A stretch of 64,000 bases of DNA, taken from assembly GCA_030390025.1 (NCBI GenBank), contig CM059432.1:61630001-61694000 (forward strand), in the 5' to 3' direction. The stretch comes from Squalus acanthias (lineage: Eukaryota). Positions 25,529-37,368 of the stretch are shown in pieces. The notes under the pieces are model-generated. The model saw only the letters and a program-made list of their open reading frames with translations, was not told the DNA's origin and searched no databases. Both the position numbers and the translations under genes were made by a program. The stretch's first letter is position 1; every line of letters starts with the position of its first letter.

Positions 25529-27701
25529 GAAACATAGAAACATAGAAGATAGGAGCAGGTGTAGGCCATTCGGCCCCTTGAGCCTGCTCCGCCATTCAAT
25601 GCGATCATGGCTGATCATCCAAATTCAGTACCCTGTCCCTGCTTTCGCCCCATATCCCTTGATTCCTTTAGCCTTAAGAAATATATCTATCTCCTTCTTG
25701 AATATATTTAATGAATTGGCCTCAACTGCCTGATAGAGAATTCCACAGGTTCACCACTCTCTGGGTGAAGAAATTCCTCCTCATCTCAGTCCTAAATGGC
25801 TTACCCCTTATCCTTAGACTCTGACCCCTGGTTCTGGACTCCCCCGCCATCGGGAACATCCTTCCTGCATCTAGTCTGTCTAGTCCTGTTAGAATTTTAT
25901 AAGTTTCAATGAGATCCCCTCTCATTCTTCTAAACTCTAGCGAATACAAGCCCAATCGTCCCAATCTCTCTTCATACGTCATTCCTACCATCCCAGGTAT
26001 CAGTCTGGTGCATCTTCGCTGCACTCCCTCCATGGCAAGAACATCCTTCCTCAGATAAGGCGACCAAAACTGCACACAATACTCAAGGTGTGGTCTCACC
26101 AAGGCCTTGTACAACTGCAGCAAGACATCCTTGCTCCTGTACTCGAATCCTCTCGCTATGAAGGCCAACATACCATTTGCCTTCTTAACCGGCTGCTGCA
26201 CCTGCATGCTTACCTTCAACGACTGGTGCACAAGGACACCCAGGTCTCGCTGCACTTCCCCTTTTCCCAATCTATTGCCGTTCAGATAATAATCTGCCTT
26301 CCTGTTTTTGCCACCAAAGTGGATAACCTCGCATTTATCCACATTATACTGTATCTGCCATGCATCTGCCCAATCACCCAACTTGTCCAAATCATACTGG
26401 AGTTTCTCTGCATCCTCCTCACAACACACACGCCCACCCAGCTTTGTGTCGTCTGCAAACTTGGAGATATTACATCTAGTTCCCTCGTCTAGATCATTAA
26501 TATATATTGGCCCAAAAATTCGGCCGTTCTCGGGTGAGTACTCAGTGCGTACTCACCCGTATTCATTCCCGAAGTGCCGGTTTCCTGCATGCACTGCGCA
26601 TGCGTGGGAAACCGGCACTTCCGGTATGGTGAAGGGGGCGGTTCCTAGGTGAACCGCGTGCGCACTAGAGGCTGCGCGCACGCAGCACACTTAGATTTTT
26701 TTTCAGGTTTCAACGCGAGGGTAAGTATTGAAGATTCTACGCTAGTAAAAAGGAGGCGTAAGACTCCTTTTGAACAAGGTAAGTAGTTAATTAAGTATAA
26801 TTTTAAATTTTTTTCAACAGGTTTATCTTTTTTAGATACTTTAAAGAATGGTAAGTTTATTTTTATAACTTTTAAAAAGTATTTCAATTTTTTCAAAAAT
26901 TAAAATTTTTGTTTAAAGTGGTTAATTTATTTAACTATAGTTATTTTATAAATGTGATGTTTTTTTTAAATTTATTTGAGGTTTAGCTGTTCTTTTGGGG
27001 CCGATTTCAATTCACAGATTTGACAGGTCTCCTGTCAAATCTATGAATGAAAGATGGTCTGCTGCCATTGGCTCTCCATGGCCCACGTGATCCCAGGGGT
27101 CGCATCGCACTAACTGCGCCCCTGGAACACGCAAGCACTGCGCGCCAGCTCTTGGGAGAGGCCCGGGACCCAAAGTTCCTGTGGGCCCAAAACACAACGG
27201 CAGGCGCGGTGGGTAAGAGCGCGCGCGATCCTTACCCCCGCGGCAAGCCGGCCACGCGAATTTCTAGGCCATTGTGAATAACTGGGGTCCTTGGACCGAT
27301 CCCTGCGGTACCCCACTAGTCACTGCCTGCCACTCGGAAAAGGACCTGTTTATTCCAACTCTTTGCTTCCTGTCTGCCAACCAGTTCTCTATCCAAGTCA
27401 GTACCTTACCCCCAATCCCATGTGCTTTAACTTTGCACGCTAATCTCTTATGTGGGACCTTATCGAAAGCCTTCTGAAAGTCCAAATACACCACATCCAC
27501 TGGTTCTCCCTTATCTATTCTACCAGTTACATCCTCAAAAAATTCCAGTAGATTAGTCAAGCACGATTTACCTTTTGTAAATCCATGTTGACTTTGTCCG
27601 ATCCCGTCACTGTTTTCCAAGTGCTCTGCTATTACATCTTTTATAGTGGACTCTAGCATTTTCCCCACTACCAATGTCAGGCTTACCGGTCTATAATTCC
27701 C
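25529..27701 (-). mobile_element. Younger 5'-truncated CR1, split by a MITE
   Basis: ORFs 25722..26429 and 27264..27776 (RT); (TTTCTATG)n tail at 25529-25545. Confidence 0.92.
26509..27270 (+). mobile_element. Young 762-bp CpG-rich Harbinger-type MITE, copy 1
   Basis: Imperfect TIRs GGCCCAAAAATTCG / GGCCTAGAAATTCG and TSD ATT (26506-08, 27271-73). Near-identical inverted copy at 54605-55367. Confidence 0.9.
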
Positions 27702-28604
27702 CAATGACATTGTTTTCCTCAGCTTGCAAAAGGCTTTCGATAAAGTTCCACACACAAGGTCATTAATTAAACTCAAAGCTGTGGAGTTGGGCTGGGGGGT
27801 GCGGTTTCAGGGTAAACCCTGGAAATGGATACGAAACTGGGTGAAGAATGGGAAACAGAGTTCTAGTTAGAGGAATTATGTCATTGTTGGGGTGTCTCAG
27901 GACTTGGTGCTGGAGATTAAAAGTGCTCAACGTGTGGAATAAACTTCAAGACGGAGTAGTGGAGGCCAATTCATTTAAGAAACAATTAGATGCTACAATG
28001 GGGGAGGGGACATTAGGATCTCTCTGGATGGATGAACTAATGTGCTTCTTCATCCATAATTATCTTGTGATCTTATTCTTTTAGATCTTTTCCCCTCCCC
28101 CAAGTGAATATTTTACCTCAAATGGGCTCTGCCTGCATTACTGTTGTACACCAGAGGTGCATAAGAGTTGGATAGAGTGACTTGTAATGATTTATTTACT
28201 CACTTTAATTTTTCTTTTTTCTTTTTCCTTTTTCTTCTCTTCGATGAAGTGTTTTGTTTCACTTGGTAGCTCCCACTGATGATCGTGAAATCAATTTGTG
28301 GGATACCACAGTTGCAAGCCCACATCCGGCCACTTGATGAAGCAGCCTGTTGATGTACCAACCGGCTGTGTCACTGTATTGCCTGTATGTCAAATAGTCT
28401 GTAAGGATTAACACATTTTCTTGGAGATGTTTGGATTTCAAAAATCAATCAATGTTTTGGGTGTGGAGTTTTTCTCCGTTATAGCCTCAGTAGGGAATAA
28501 AATATACTATCTAAGAAGAAAGCCAGATTACATTCTGAAAAGACGTATCTGGGAATGGAAAGTGATGACTGATTCCTCATTTGTTTTGTTTTATGTCCTT
28601 TAGA

Positions 28605-28671
28605 ATGATTGAAGAACGTGGAAGGACAGAAAATACCATGGCAGAAAGAAGACAGTTGTTTGCAGAAATGC
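28605..28671 (+). CDS. DTNA: alpha-dystrobrevin, first coding exon (exon starts 28604; MIEERGRTENTMAERRQLFAEM+C)
   Basis: Polypyrimidine tract plus TAG acceptor (28601-28603), ATG at 28605, GTAAGT donor at 28672. The 67 coding nt translate to a match of the dystrobrevin N-terminus; AERRQLFAEM is alpha-type. Confidence 0.95.
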
Positions 28672-30668
28672 GTAAGTACTTTACATAACGAGTATTTTGT
28701 GGGTAGACTGAATATTGGTTAGCAATCTATATAACGGACAGTTTTTTTTTGAGGGAATGAATTAGCTGGTATTCCTTTTTATGTGGTCTTAACCACATTT
28801 GCATTATTCCCATGCAATTTCATCAGCGATTTAATACTTTCCCTGGCTGTGAAAACCTCTGATCTCTTGCCTTTTTTATTTAATACATAACTCAAGCTTA
28901 CTTTCCTTTTTTAAACAATTATATTCTTTTGGATTTTTTTTTTTAGCCAGCTGGATATCTGTCACGTGTTGAAACACATCACCATTAAGAGCCTTCAATT
29001 CAAGCTAGTGAGAAGTCTAAACCCATATGTAGAGTTTCTGTTGCAATATGAAGTGCGCACTCTCGCCCCGAGAGAAACATCCCATTTACCCAAGTCTTTC
29101 GAGCTTAGCTGCAGGTTGGCAGAACCAACGCTTAAGGTGAGCTAGGGTACTGCTGGAGCTTAACCAGCTAAAGCTGAAGTAGATCACTGATAAACTTTCC
29201 ACTGCAAGTTCAGCTAGGAAAATTTGCTGCTGCGTTTATAAAACATTAAAATTTTGGAGAAGAAACTCTAAATGCTTTATTATAAATGCTGCAAGATCTG
29301 GATCATGAACGGATAATATACAGAACAAGAGCAAAGCTTCTGTCACCTATTGTTAATCCCTCCCTTAATTTGTGGGATTGCCTCCAATAGCAAGTGCTTG
29401 CCACTACAGGCAACTCACAGTGTAAATGATTAAACACCAGTGCTGTTGACACCAAAGGTAAACGACAGCCAGCACTGGCACTTGTCAGTGAGTGTATTGT
29501 TTTGATTCTAGCTGCCTTTACAAGCTAACAATGTGCTTTTGGCATTGCTACCCTGTACAGACCTTTAAAGAAGCTCATCAGCCAAAAGAACAAAGTCGTG
29601 AATGTGACTTTGCAGTAACTGCAAATTTACAAATCTTGTCCATGTTTAATTGCTGAATCCTGCAGTATTGATGGGTTGACATGTTACAGAACCACTTCCA
29701 TTGGAAGAGGGCATAAAATATGTTAAAACAGATTTAGCTACTGAGATTTTATTTTCTAAATTTCTATTTAATTTCTTCATCTTTGCTTCCCTTTTATCAG
29801 GTCCCCTCCCCTCCCCTCCTTATAAGAGCACAGATGCAAAGGAATGAAGGAGAAGCATACAATTGCATAATGTAACTTATATTAGGTCTATACATTGACA
29901 TTCCAAAAATATTTACATTGCATTTCTAATATTAACGCAGGTTGATGCACTGAATATATGAATTTGACTGCATGATGTATTTTCTCTGAGGAAAAATAAT
30001 CCTTTTCTAATTTTAAACAGGACTGCTTAGTTCTACATTCTATTCAATTTACATATTTTCTCCTGTCTACTTACAAGACTTTCTTACAAATAATTTTACA
30101 ACCATGTTTAAATCATATCTTTATTACTGATTAATAGAGTAAAGCTTTCAGCGCTGCATATGGTCTCATTGTACACTATGTTGGCATACAACATAGTGGA
30201 AGGACTCAGGTTTACATCCTTGATTCCAAAGTTTCCAGGCCTGAGTATGTCAACAGGAAAAGGGGCCAGCCAGTGGTGAGGCCCATTCCCTAAAAAGGTG
30301 GCACAAAAGATTGAAGAGAAGTTTGCCTGGACAGTTCTGAAGTGTTTCCTACCAGGCATTTCCAGAGACACATTGACACGATTCAGAGACAGAGCCAAGA
30401 ACTTGAAAGATAAGGGCTGGAAAGTTGTCTTTGTTGGATTATCGCTAGTCTTCTGTAAAGACCCATTGAATACAATTACGGGATCAAATGAATACCTGGC
30501 AAATGGTGTTAGATTTATGTATAAATTCCCTAGATTCTAGAACAGTCCCCAAGGATTGGAAGGTAGCAAACATAACCCTGCTATTTAAGAAAGGAGGAAG
30601 AGAAAAAACAAGGAACTACAGGCTAGTTAGCCTGACATCAGTAGTAGGCAAAATGCTAGAATCTATTA

Positions 30669-31155
30669 AGCGGGGTGGGAGGAAGTGTAGTCCAGGTAGC
30701 TGTGGGAGTCAGTGGGCTTGTAGTGAATGCTTGTCAATAACTTATCCCCAGAGATGGAGACAGAAAAGTCGAGGAAGGGAAGGGAAGGGAAGAGTCGGAG
30801 ATGGACCATGTGAAGGTGAGGGAAGGGTGGAAACTGGAAGCAAAGTGAATGAAATTTGTTTCTTAACCTGTCCCATTACCATCTCCTTTTGCCTTGAATA
30901 TCTCTTAATGTCTCTTAACCTCTCCTGCCTTCTATCCTATCACAGACCTTCCCTTTTGTTCTTTCATCCCCTCCCCCTTTCCCAGCTCCTACACTTGCTT
31001 AAAAATCTGTTCCATTTGCTGCTTTTTTCCAGTTCTGACGAAAGGTCATCGACCTGAAACGTTAACTCTGTTTCTCTCTTCACAGATACCTGTTGAGTAT
31101 CTCCAGCATTTTCTGTTTTTATTTCAGATTTCCAGCATCTGCAGTATTTTTTTTG
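30669..31155. mobile_element. Short PLE insertion: inverted RT fragment (30669-30857, -) joined to a terminal repeat (30858-31155, +)
   Basis: Matches ~16890-17074 directly and ~15738-16012 as reverse complement. Flanked by TGCTAGAATCTATTA (30654-68) and TGCTCAAATCTATTA (31156-70). Confidence 0.85.
31031..31067 (+). ncRNA. Minimal type I hammerhead ribozyme, intact core, sense to DTNA
   Basis: AGTT-CTGACGA-A-AGGTC-ATC-GACCT-GAAA-CG-TT-AACT: CUGANGA and GAAA boxes, 5-bp stem II, palindromic AACGTT in place of stem III, GUU cleavage triplet. Confidence 0.78.
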
Positions 31156-32915
31156 TGCTCAAATCTATTATTAGGGACATGGTAACAGGGCACTTAGAAA
31201 ATCATAATATGATTAGGCAGAGTCAACATGGTTTTATGAAAGGGAAATCGTGTTTGACAAATCTGTTAAAGTTTTTTGAAGATGTAACTAGTAGGATGGA
31301 TAAGGGGGAACCAGTGGATGTAGTGTATTTGGATTTTCAAAACACATTCAATAAGGTGCCACACAAGAGGTTATTGCACAAAATTAGGACTCATGGTATT
31401 GGGGGTAATATATTAGCATGGATTGAGAATTGGTTAATGGACAGAAAACAGAGAGTAGGAATAAACAGGACTTTTTCAGGTTGGCAGGCTGTAACTAGCG
31501 GGGTGCTGTAACTAGCGGGGTACCGCAAGGATCAGTGCTTGGGCCTCAGCTATTTACAATCTATATTAATGACTTCGATGAAGGGACTGGGTGTAACGTA
31601 TCCAAGTTTGCTGATGATACAAAGTTAGGTGGGAAAGTAAGCTGTGAGGAGGATGCAAAGAGGCTGCAGAGAGATACAGACAGGTTGACCAAGTGGGCAA
31701 GAACATGGCAAATCGAATACAATGTGGGAAAGTGTGAAGTTATCCACTTTGGTAGGAAAAACAAAAATGCAGAATATTTTTTGAATGGAGAGACTGGGAA
31801 ATGTTTGCACTCAGAGGGACATGGGTGTCCTTGTACATGAATCACAGAAAGTTAACATACAGGTACAGCAAGCAATTAGGAAAGCAAATGGTATGTTAGC
31901 TTTTGTTACAAAGGGATTAGAGTATAAGAGTAAAGAAGTCTTACTACAATTATACAGGGCATGGGTGAGGCCACACCTGGAGTACTGTGTATAGTTCTGG
32001 TCTCCTTACCTAAGGAAAGACATACTTGCCTTAGAGGGAGTGCAGTGAAGGTTCACTGGACTGGTTCCTGGGATGAGGGGATTGCCCTATGAGGAGAGAT
32101 TGAGTAGACTAGGCCTATATTCCTTAGAGTTTAGAAGAATGAGAGGTGATCTAATTGAAACATATAAAATTCTTAAGGGGCTTGACAGGGTTAATGCTGG
32201 GAAAATGTTTCCCCTGGCTGGGGAATCTAGAACACGGGGCCACAGTCACAGAATGAGGGGTAGGCCATTTAGGATTGAGATGAGGAGAAATTTCTTCTCT
32301 CAAAGAGTTATGAATCTTTGGAATTCTCTACCCCAGAGAGCTGTGGGTGCTCAGTCGTTGAGTATATTCAAGACAGAGGTCGATAAATTTTTGGGAACAA
32401 CGGGATTTAAGGGCTATGGGATTGTGCGGGAAGGTGGAGTTGAGGTAGAAGATCAGCCATGATCTTGTTCGGAGCAGACTTGAGGGGCCAAATGGCCTAC
32501 TCCTGCTCCTATTTCATATGTTCATATGTTCATATAACTGGAACTGTTTTAAAAGAAGGTAAACAAGAGAAATGGACTTAAAGTTTAGCAGAGCTTGGAG
32601 AGTGGTCAACAGGATGGTAAGAATAACATAAAAGCAGCCAGAATCAAACGATCCAGAAGGGTAGGAAAGACATCTGCAATGGAATAAGTTAATGAGATTT
32701 TGAAAATTAAGGAACGTAAATTGATATTCTAGGATAAGACACAAAATTAAAGTGTTCAGTTGAGTCTCCATACAGGCAAAGGACATGATTAACAATAGGA
32801 TAGTAAAAGAATGATAATTTATTACATGATATAAAGATAATACTTTAATAATGGGTGACTTTATTCAACTGTTAATTCCTTAAACAATGTGGTACAGGAT
32901 TGCTTTTTGACCCAA

Positions 32916-33922
32916 GGGCCGGAATTTTCTTCGGGGAGGTGGGGAGTGGGGTCCGAGGCGGGCAGAAAACCCGGGAGGCCGGGTTTCCCGCAGGCCCTCC
33001 CGACTTTACCAGAAGGGCCTAATTTGAATGTGAAGCCTCGGTTTCCCGCCCGCAGCCAGCCAGCTTGAGAGACTGGCTGGCTGCGGGCAGGTAGGCCTCA
33101 GTTGCGAGGGGTCGGTCCGGGGAAGGGATCGCGGGAGGGGGATTGGGGATCGGCGGGGGGGAGGAAGGGTCTACAATTGGGAGGGGGAGAGAGGATCGGC
33201 GGGGGAGGTTTGCAGGATCGGCAGGGGATTGGTGATCGGCAGGCGATTGGGGGGTGGTCGGGGATCGGGGGGGGGGTCGGCAGGCGATTGGGGGGTGGTC
33301 GGGGATCGGGGAGGTTGGGGATCGGCAGGCGATTGGGGGGTGAGTGGGGGGGGGATCGGCAGGCGATTGGGGGGTGGTCGGGGATCGGGGTGGGGGGATC
33401 GGCAGGCGATTGGGAGGTGGTCGGGGATCGGGGGGGGGGGGTGTTGGAGGATCGGCAGGGGGGGCCAGAGGATCGGGGCCGGCCTCATCATCATCGTTGG
33501 GCGGGGAGGAGGCCTGGGAATGCGATCGGAGGCCTCGTTGTGGGGGGGGAAGGTGGTCTCCGATCACGGGGGGTGGGTATGGTCGGGACCCTGGATCGAG
33601 GAGGTAGGTATGAAGCCACTTACCTCCTGGATCCAGCAGATCCCGCCTCGGTTTAACTGCCGGGTTTCACGAATTGTGTGAAACCCGTCCCCAGGCAGTT
33701 AAATTCAAAATGGAGGTGAGAATAGAGGCTTCCAGCCTCATTATAATATTTAAATTGCGGTAAAGCCCCCTGGGAGTGGGTTGGTCGCCCACCCCCCGCC
33801 CCGCCTCCGGCAGAACGGGAAGTGGGTGGGTTGGAGGCGGGATCAGGTCGGGAATCCCATTTCTAACAATTTAACTGCCCCCATGCTTCAAACCCTCCAT
33901 TTTTTACGGGAAACATCCGGCC
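32916..33922. mobile_element. GC-rich Harbinger-type MITE with an internal G-rich tandem repeat (~33210-33460)
   Basis: Ends GGCCGGAATTTTC / GGCCGGATGTTTC; repeated GATCGGCAGGCGATTGGGGGGTGGTCGGG units. Confidence 0.7.
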
Positions 33923-34214
33923 AAACTGTCAAGGACCCTAGTAAGGTTAATACTCATTTAGAACAAGTTCTTACAAGTGACCAGAATAGCATCCATAATA
34001 AAAGTAAGAAATTGCATTTATATAATACCTTTCATGTCCTCAGGATGTCCCAAAGTGATTCATAGTCAATTAATTATTTCTGAAGTGTTTTGTCGGGAAA
34101 AACAATAGGCAGCAAGTGAGACAAATGACAAATTAATTTGTTTTGGTTGTGTAGAAGTATGGAAGTAGTAGAAGCTTTAGGAACTAATGAAAAGCTCTAG
34201 GGACTAGTGAACGA

Positions 34215-34590
34215 AAGATGGACTTGCATTTATATAATGCCAAATCACATTTCAGAAATGTCCCAAAGTGCTTCATATATAATTAATTACTTTGAAGTGA
34301 AGTAACTTGTCAAATGCAGCAGCCAATTTGCACACAGTAAAATCCCACAAACAGTGCTTGGATAAATAACCATTTAATCTGTTTCTGGTAGTGTTGGGTG
34401 AGGGAGAGGTGTTGGCTACAACACCAGGAGAACAGTGCCAAGGGATGTTGTCAGTTTCGCAACTCATCTGAAGGACAGCACTTCTGGAAGTCAGCACTGC
34501 AGTACAGTTTTAACCTGTTTTACACACTTAAGTCCCAGTGCTGGACTTGAACTCTCAACCTTCCTTGATTCAGAGGCAAGAGCCAAACTG
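34215..34590 (-). mobile_element. Decayed tRNA-derived SINE with an L2-type tail
   Basis: B-box-like GAGTTCAAGTCC on the - strand (~34543-34554); ACTTGCATTTATATA tail resembling the L2 3' end at 34820. Confidence 0.55.
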
Positions 34591-34810
34591 ATGTACTATA
34601 CCAGTTATCCAGCAATCAGCCCCACTAAGACATAGAATAAACATGTTATTTTTAAAAGGAAGTTACAAATGAATGTGGTACAAACAAAAATATATTGATT
34701 GGTACATATTGCTGAAAGATACTCAATGGAGCAATGGTGGTAAATTTAAAGTATTACACATAGATATTCTCTCCATCACCAAGACAGCTGACTTCCGCCT
34801 CTGTACTAAT

Positions 34811-37111
34811 ACAACAACAACTTGTATTTATATAGCGCCTTTAATGTAGTGAAACGTCCCAAGGCGCTTCACAGGAGTATTTTAAGACAAAAGATTTGAG
34901 ACCGAGCCACATGAGAAATTAGGGCAGATGACTTGGTCAAAGAGGTAGGTTTTAAGGAGCGTCTTAAAGGAGGAAAGAGCAGTAGAGAGGCAGAGAGGTT
35001 TAGGGAGGGAATTCCAGAGCTTAGGGCCTAGGCAACAGAAGGCACAGCCACCAATGGTTGAGCGATTATAATCAGGGATGCTCAAGAGGGCAGAGTTAGA
35101 GCAGCGCAGATATCTCAGGGGTGGGGTGGGGGGAGGTTGTGGGGCTGGCGGAGATTACAGAGATAGCAAGGGGCGAGGCCATGGAGGGATTTGAAAACAA
35201 GGATGAGAATTTTAAAATCGAGGCGTTGCTTAACCGGGAGCCAATGTAGGTCAGCGAGCACAGGGTGATGGGTGAACGGGACTTGGCGTGAGTTAGGACA
35301 TGGGCAGCCGAGTTTTGGATGACCTCAAGTTTATGTAGGGTAGGACGTGGGAGGCCAGCCAGGAGTCTAGAGGTAACAGAGGCATGGATGAGGGTTTCAG
35401 CAGCAGATGAGCTGAGGCAGGAGCGGAGACGGGCGATGTTACGAGGTGGAAATAGGCGGTCTTAGTTATGCCGTGGATATGTGGTCGGAAGCTCATTTCA
35501 GGGTCAAATATGACACCAAGGTTGCGAACAGTGTGGTTCAGCCTCAGACAGGGAGAGGGATGGAGTCGGTGGCTAGGGAAGGGGGTTTGTGGCGGGACCG
35601 AAAACGATGGCTTCGGTCTTCCCAATATTTAATTGGAGAAAATTTCTGCTCATCCAGTACTGGATGTCGGACAAGCAGTCTGACAATTTAGAGACCATGG
35701 AGGGGTCGAGAGAAGTGGTGGTGAGGTAGAGCTGGGTGTCGTCAGCGTACATGTGGAAACTGATGCTGTGTTTTCGAATGATGTCGCCAAGGGACAGCAT
35801 GTAGATGAGAAATAGAAGGGGGCCAAGGATAGATCCTTGGGGGGCACCAGAGGTAATGATGTGGGAGCGGGAAGAGAAGCCATTGCAGGTGAATCTCTGG
35901 CTACGATTAGATAGATAAGAATGGAACCAGGCGAGTGCAGTCCCATCCAGCTGGTCGACGATGGAGAGGTGTTGGAGGAGGATGGAGTGGTCAACCGTAT
36001 CAAAGGCTGCAGACAGGTCGAGAAGAACGAGGAGGGATAGTTTACCTTTGTCACAGTCACAAAGGATGTCATTTGTGACTTTGATGAGAGCTGTTTCGGT
36101 ACTGTGGTAAGGGCGGAAACCTGATTGGAGGGATTCAAGCATGGAGTTGTGGGAAAGATGGACACAGATTTGGGAGACAACAACATGTTCAAGGACTTTG
36201 GAGAGGAAAGGGAGGTTGGAGATGGGGCGGTAGTTTGCAAGGATTGATTTGTTGAGAGGGGTGATGACAGCAGATTTGAGGGAGAGGGGGACAGTACCTG
36301 AGGAGAGAGAACCGTTAACAATGTCAGCTAACATGGGAGCCAGAAAAGGAAGTGGTCAGCCGTTTGGTGGGAATAGGGTCGAGGGAGCAGGAAGTGGATC
36401 TCATGGACAAGATGTGCGCGGAGAGGTCATGAGGGCAGATCAGAGAGAAACTGGAGAAAGATTCGAGTTCAGGACTAAGACAGAGGGGAACCTTGGAGGA
36501 AGTTTGGCCCGGTGGGCTAGGGGAAGGAGGGGAAGTGGCAGAGGCAGCTGAATGGATGGTCTTAAACTTAGAGATGAAGAAGTCCATGAGCTCCTCACAC
36601 TTGTTGTCGGAGGTGAGGGTGGAGGAGACAGGGGAGAGGGGTTTAAGAAGACGGTTAGCAGTGAAGAATAGAAGCTGGGCTTTATCTTTGCATTACAGGA
36701 TGATACAGGAATAGTGAGCAGTTTTGGCAGACGAGAGCCGGACCCAATAGTGCTTTATGTGGTCCAGCCAGATCTGGCGGTGAATGGCTAAACCAGTTAT
36801 CCGCCATATCCATTCAAGTCTGCGTCCCTTGGACTTAAGGGAGCGAAGTTGAGCCCGGTACCAGGAGGAGCGGCCAGGGTGAGAGAGAGTAATTGTTTTA
36901 ATAGGGCTAGGGCGTCAAAGGTGGTGGTGAGGGTGTGGTTGAGCAGTTTTGGCAGACGAGAGCAGGACCCGATAATGCTGTATGTGGTCCAGCCAGATCT
37001 GGCGGTGAATGGCTAAACCAATTGTCCGGCATACCCATTCAAGTCTGCGTCCCTTGGACTTAAGGGAACGAAGATGAGGGCCGTACCAAGGGGAACGGGC
37101 AGGGCCCCTGG
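34811..37111 (-). mobile_element. 5'-truncated L2 LINE
   Basis: ORF 35573..36334 contains NYRPISNLPFLSKVLE, LLDLSAAFDTVDH and YADDTQLY; (TTG)n tail; TAAT duplicated at 34807-10 and 37112-15. Confidence 0.9.
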
Positions 37112-37368
37112 TAATGCCTGTCTCTGCCCCTGCCTCAGCCCATCTGCTACTGAAACCCTCATCCATGCCTTTATTCCCTCCAGATTCGACTACTCCAATG
37201 CTATCCTGGCCAATTCCCATCTTCCACACTCTGTAAACTTGACCTCATCCAAAACTGCTGCCCGTATCCTAATTCGCAATAAGTCCCATTCTCCCATCAT
37301 CATTGTGCATGCTAACCTACATTGGCTTCAGGTCCATCAATGTCTCAAATTTAAAATTCTCATCCTTC

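Larger units (their letters stand above)
25085..28080 (+). mobile_element. Old CR1 (25085-25528 and 27702-28080) interrupted by a younger CR1
   Basis: Degenerate ANVVPIFK.G and KAFDKVPH sequence on both sides of the insert. Confidence 0.7.
30520..32530 (+). mobile_element. 5'-truncated CR1, split by a PLE fragment
   Basis: RT ORF pieces 31155..31511, 31535..31840, 32073..32462 and a 3' tail. Confidence 0.9.

Noticed and set aside
27007..27316. Small ORFs shared with 54490-54868
   Set aside because: Shared only because the MITE copies are near-identical; no transposase or Myb motif.
28277..28400. C/D box snoRNA (two TGATGA motifs)
   Set aside because: No suitably placed CTGA D box or terminal stem.
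33019..33681. Pro-rich and Gly-rich ORFs
   Set aside because: Open in several frames only because of the G-rich tandem repeat.
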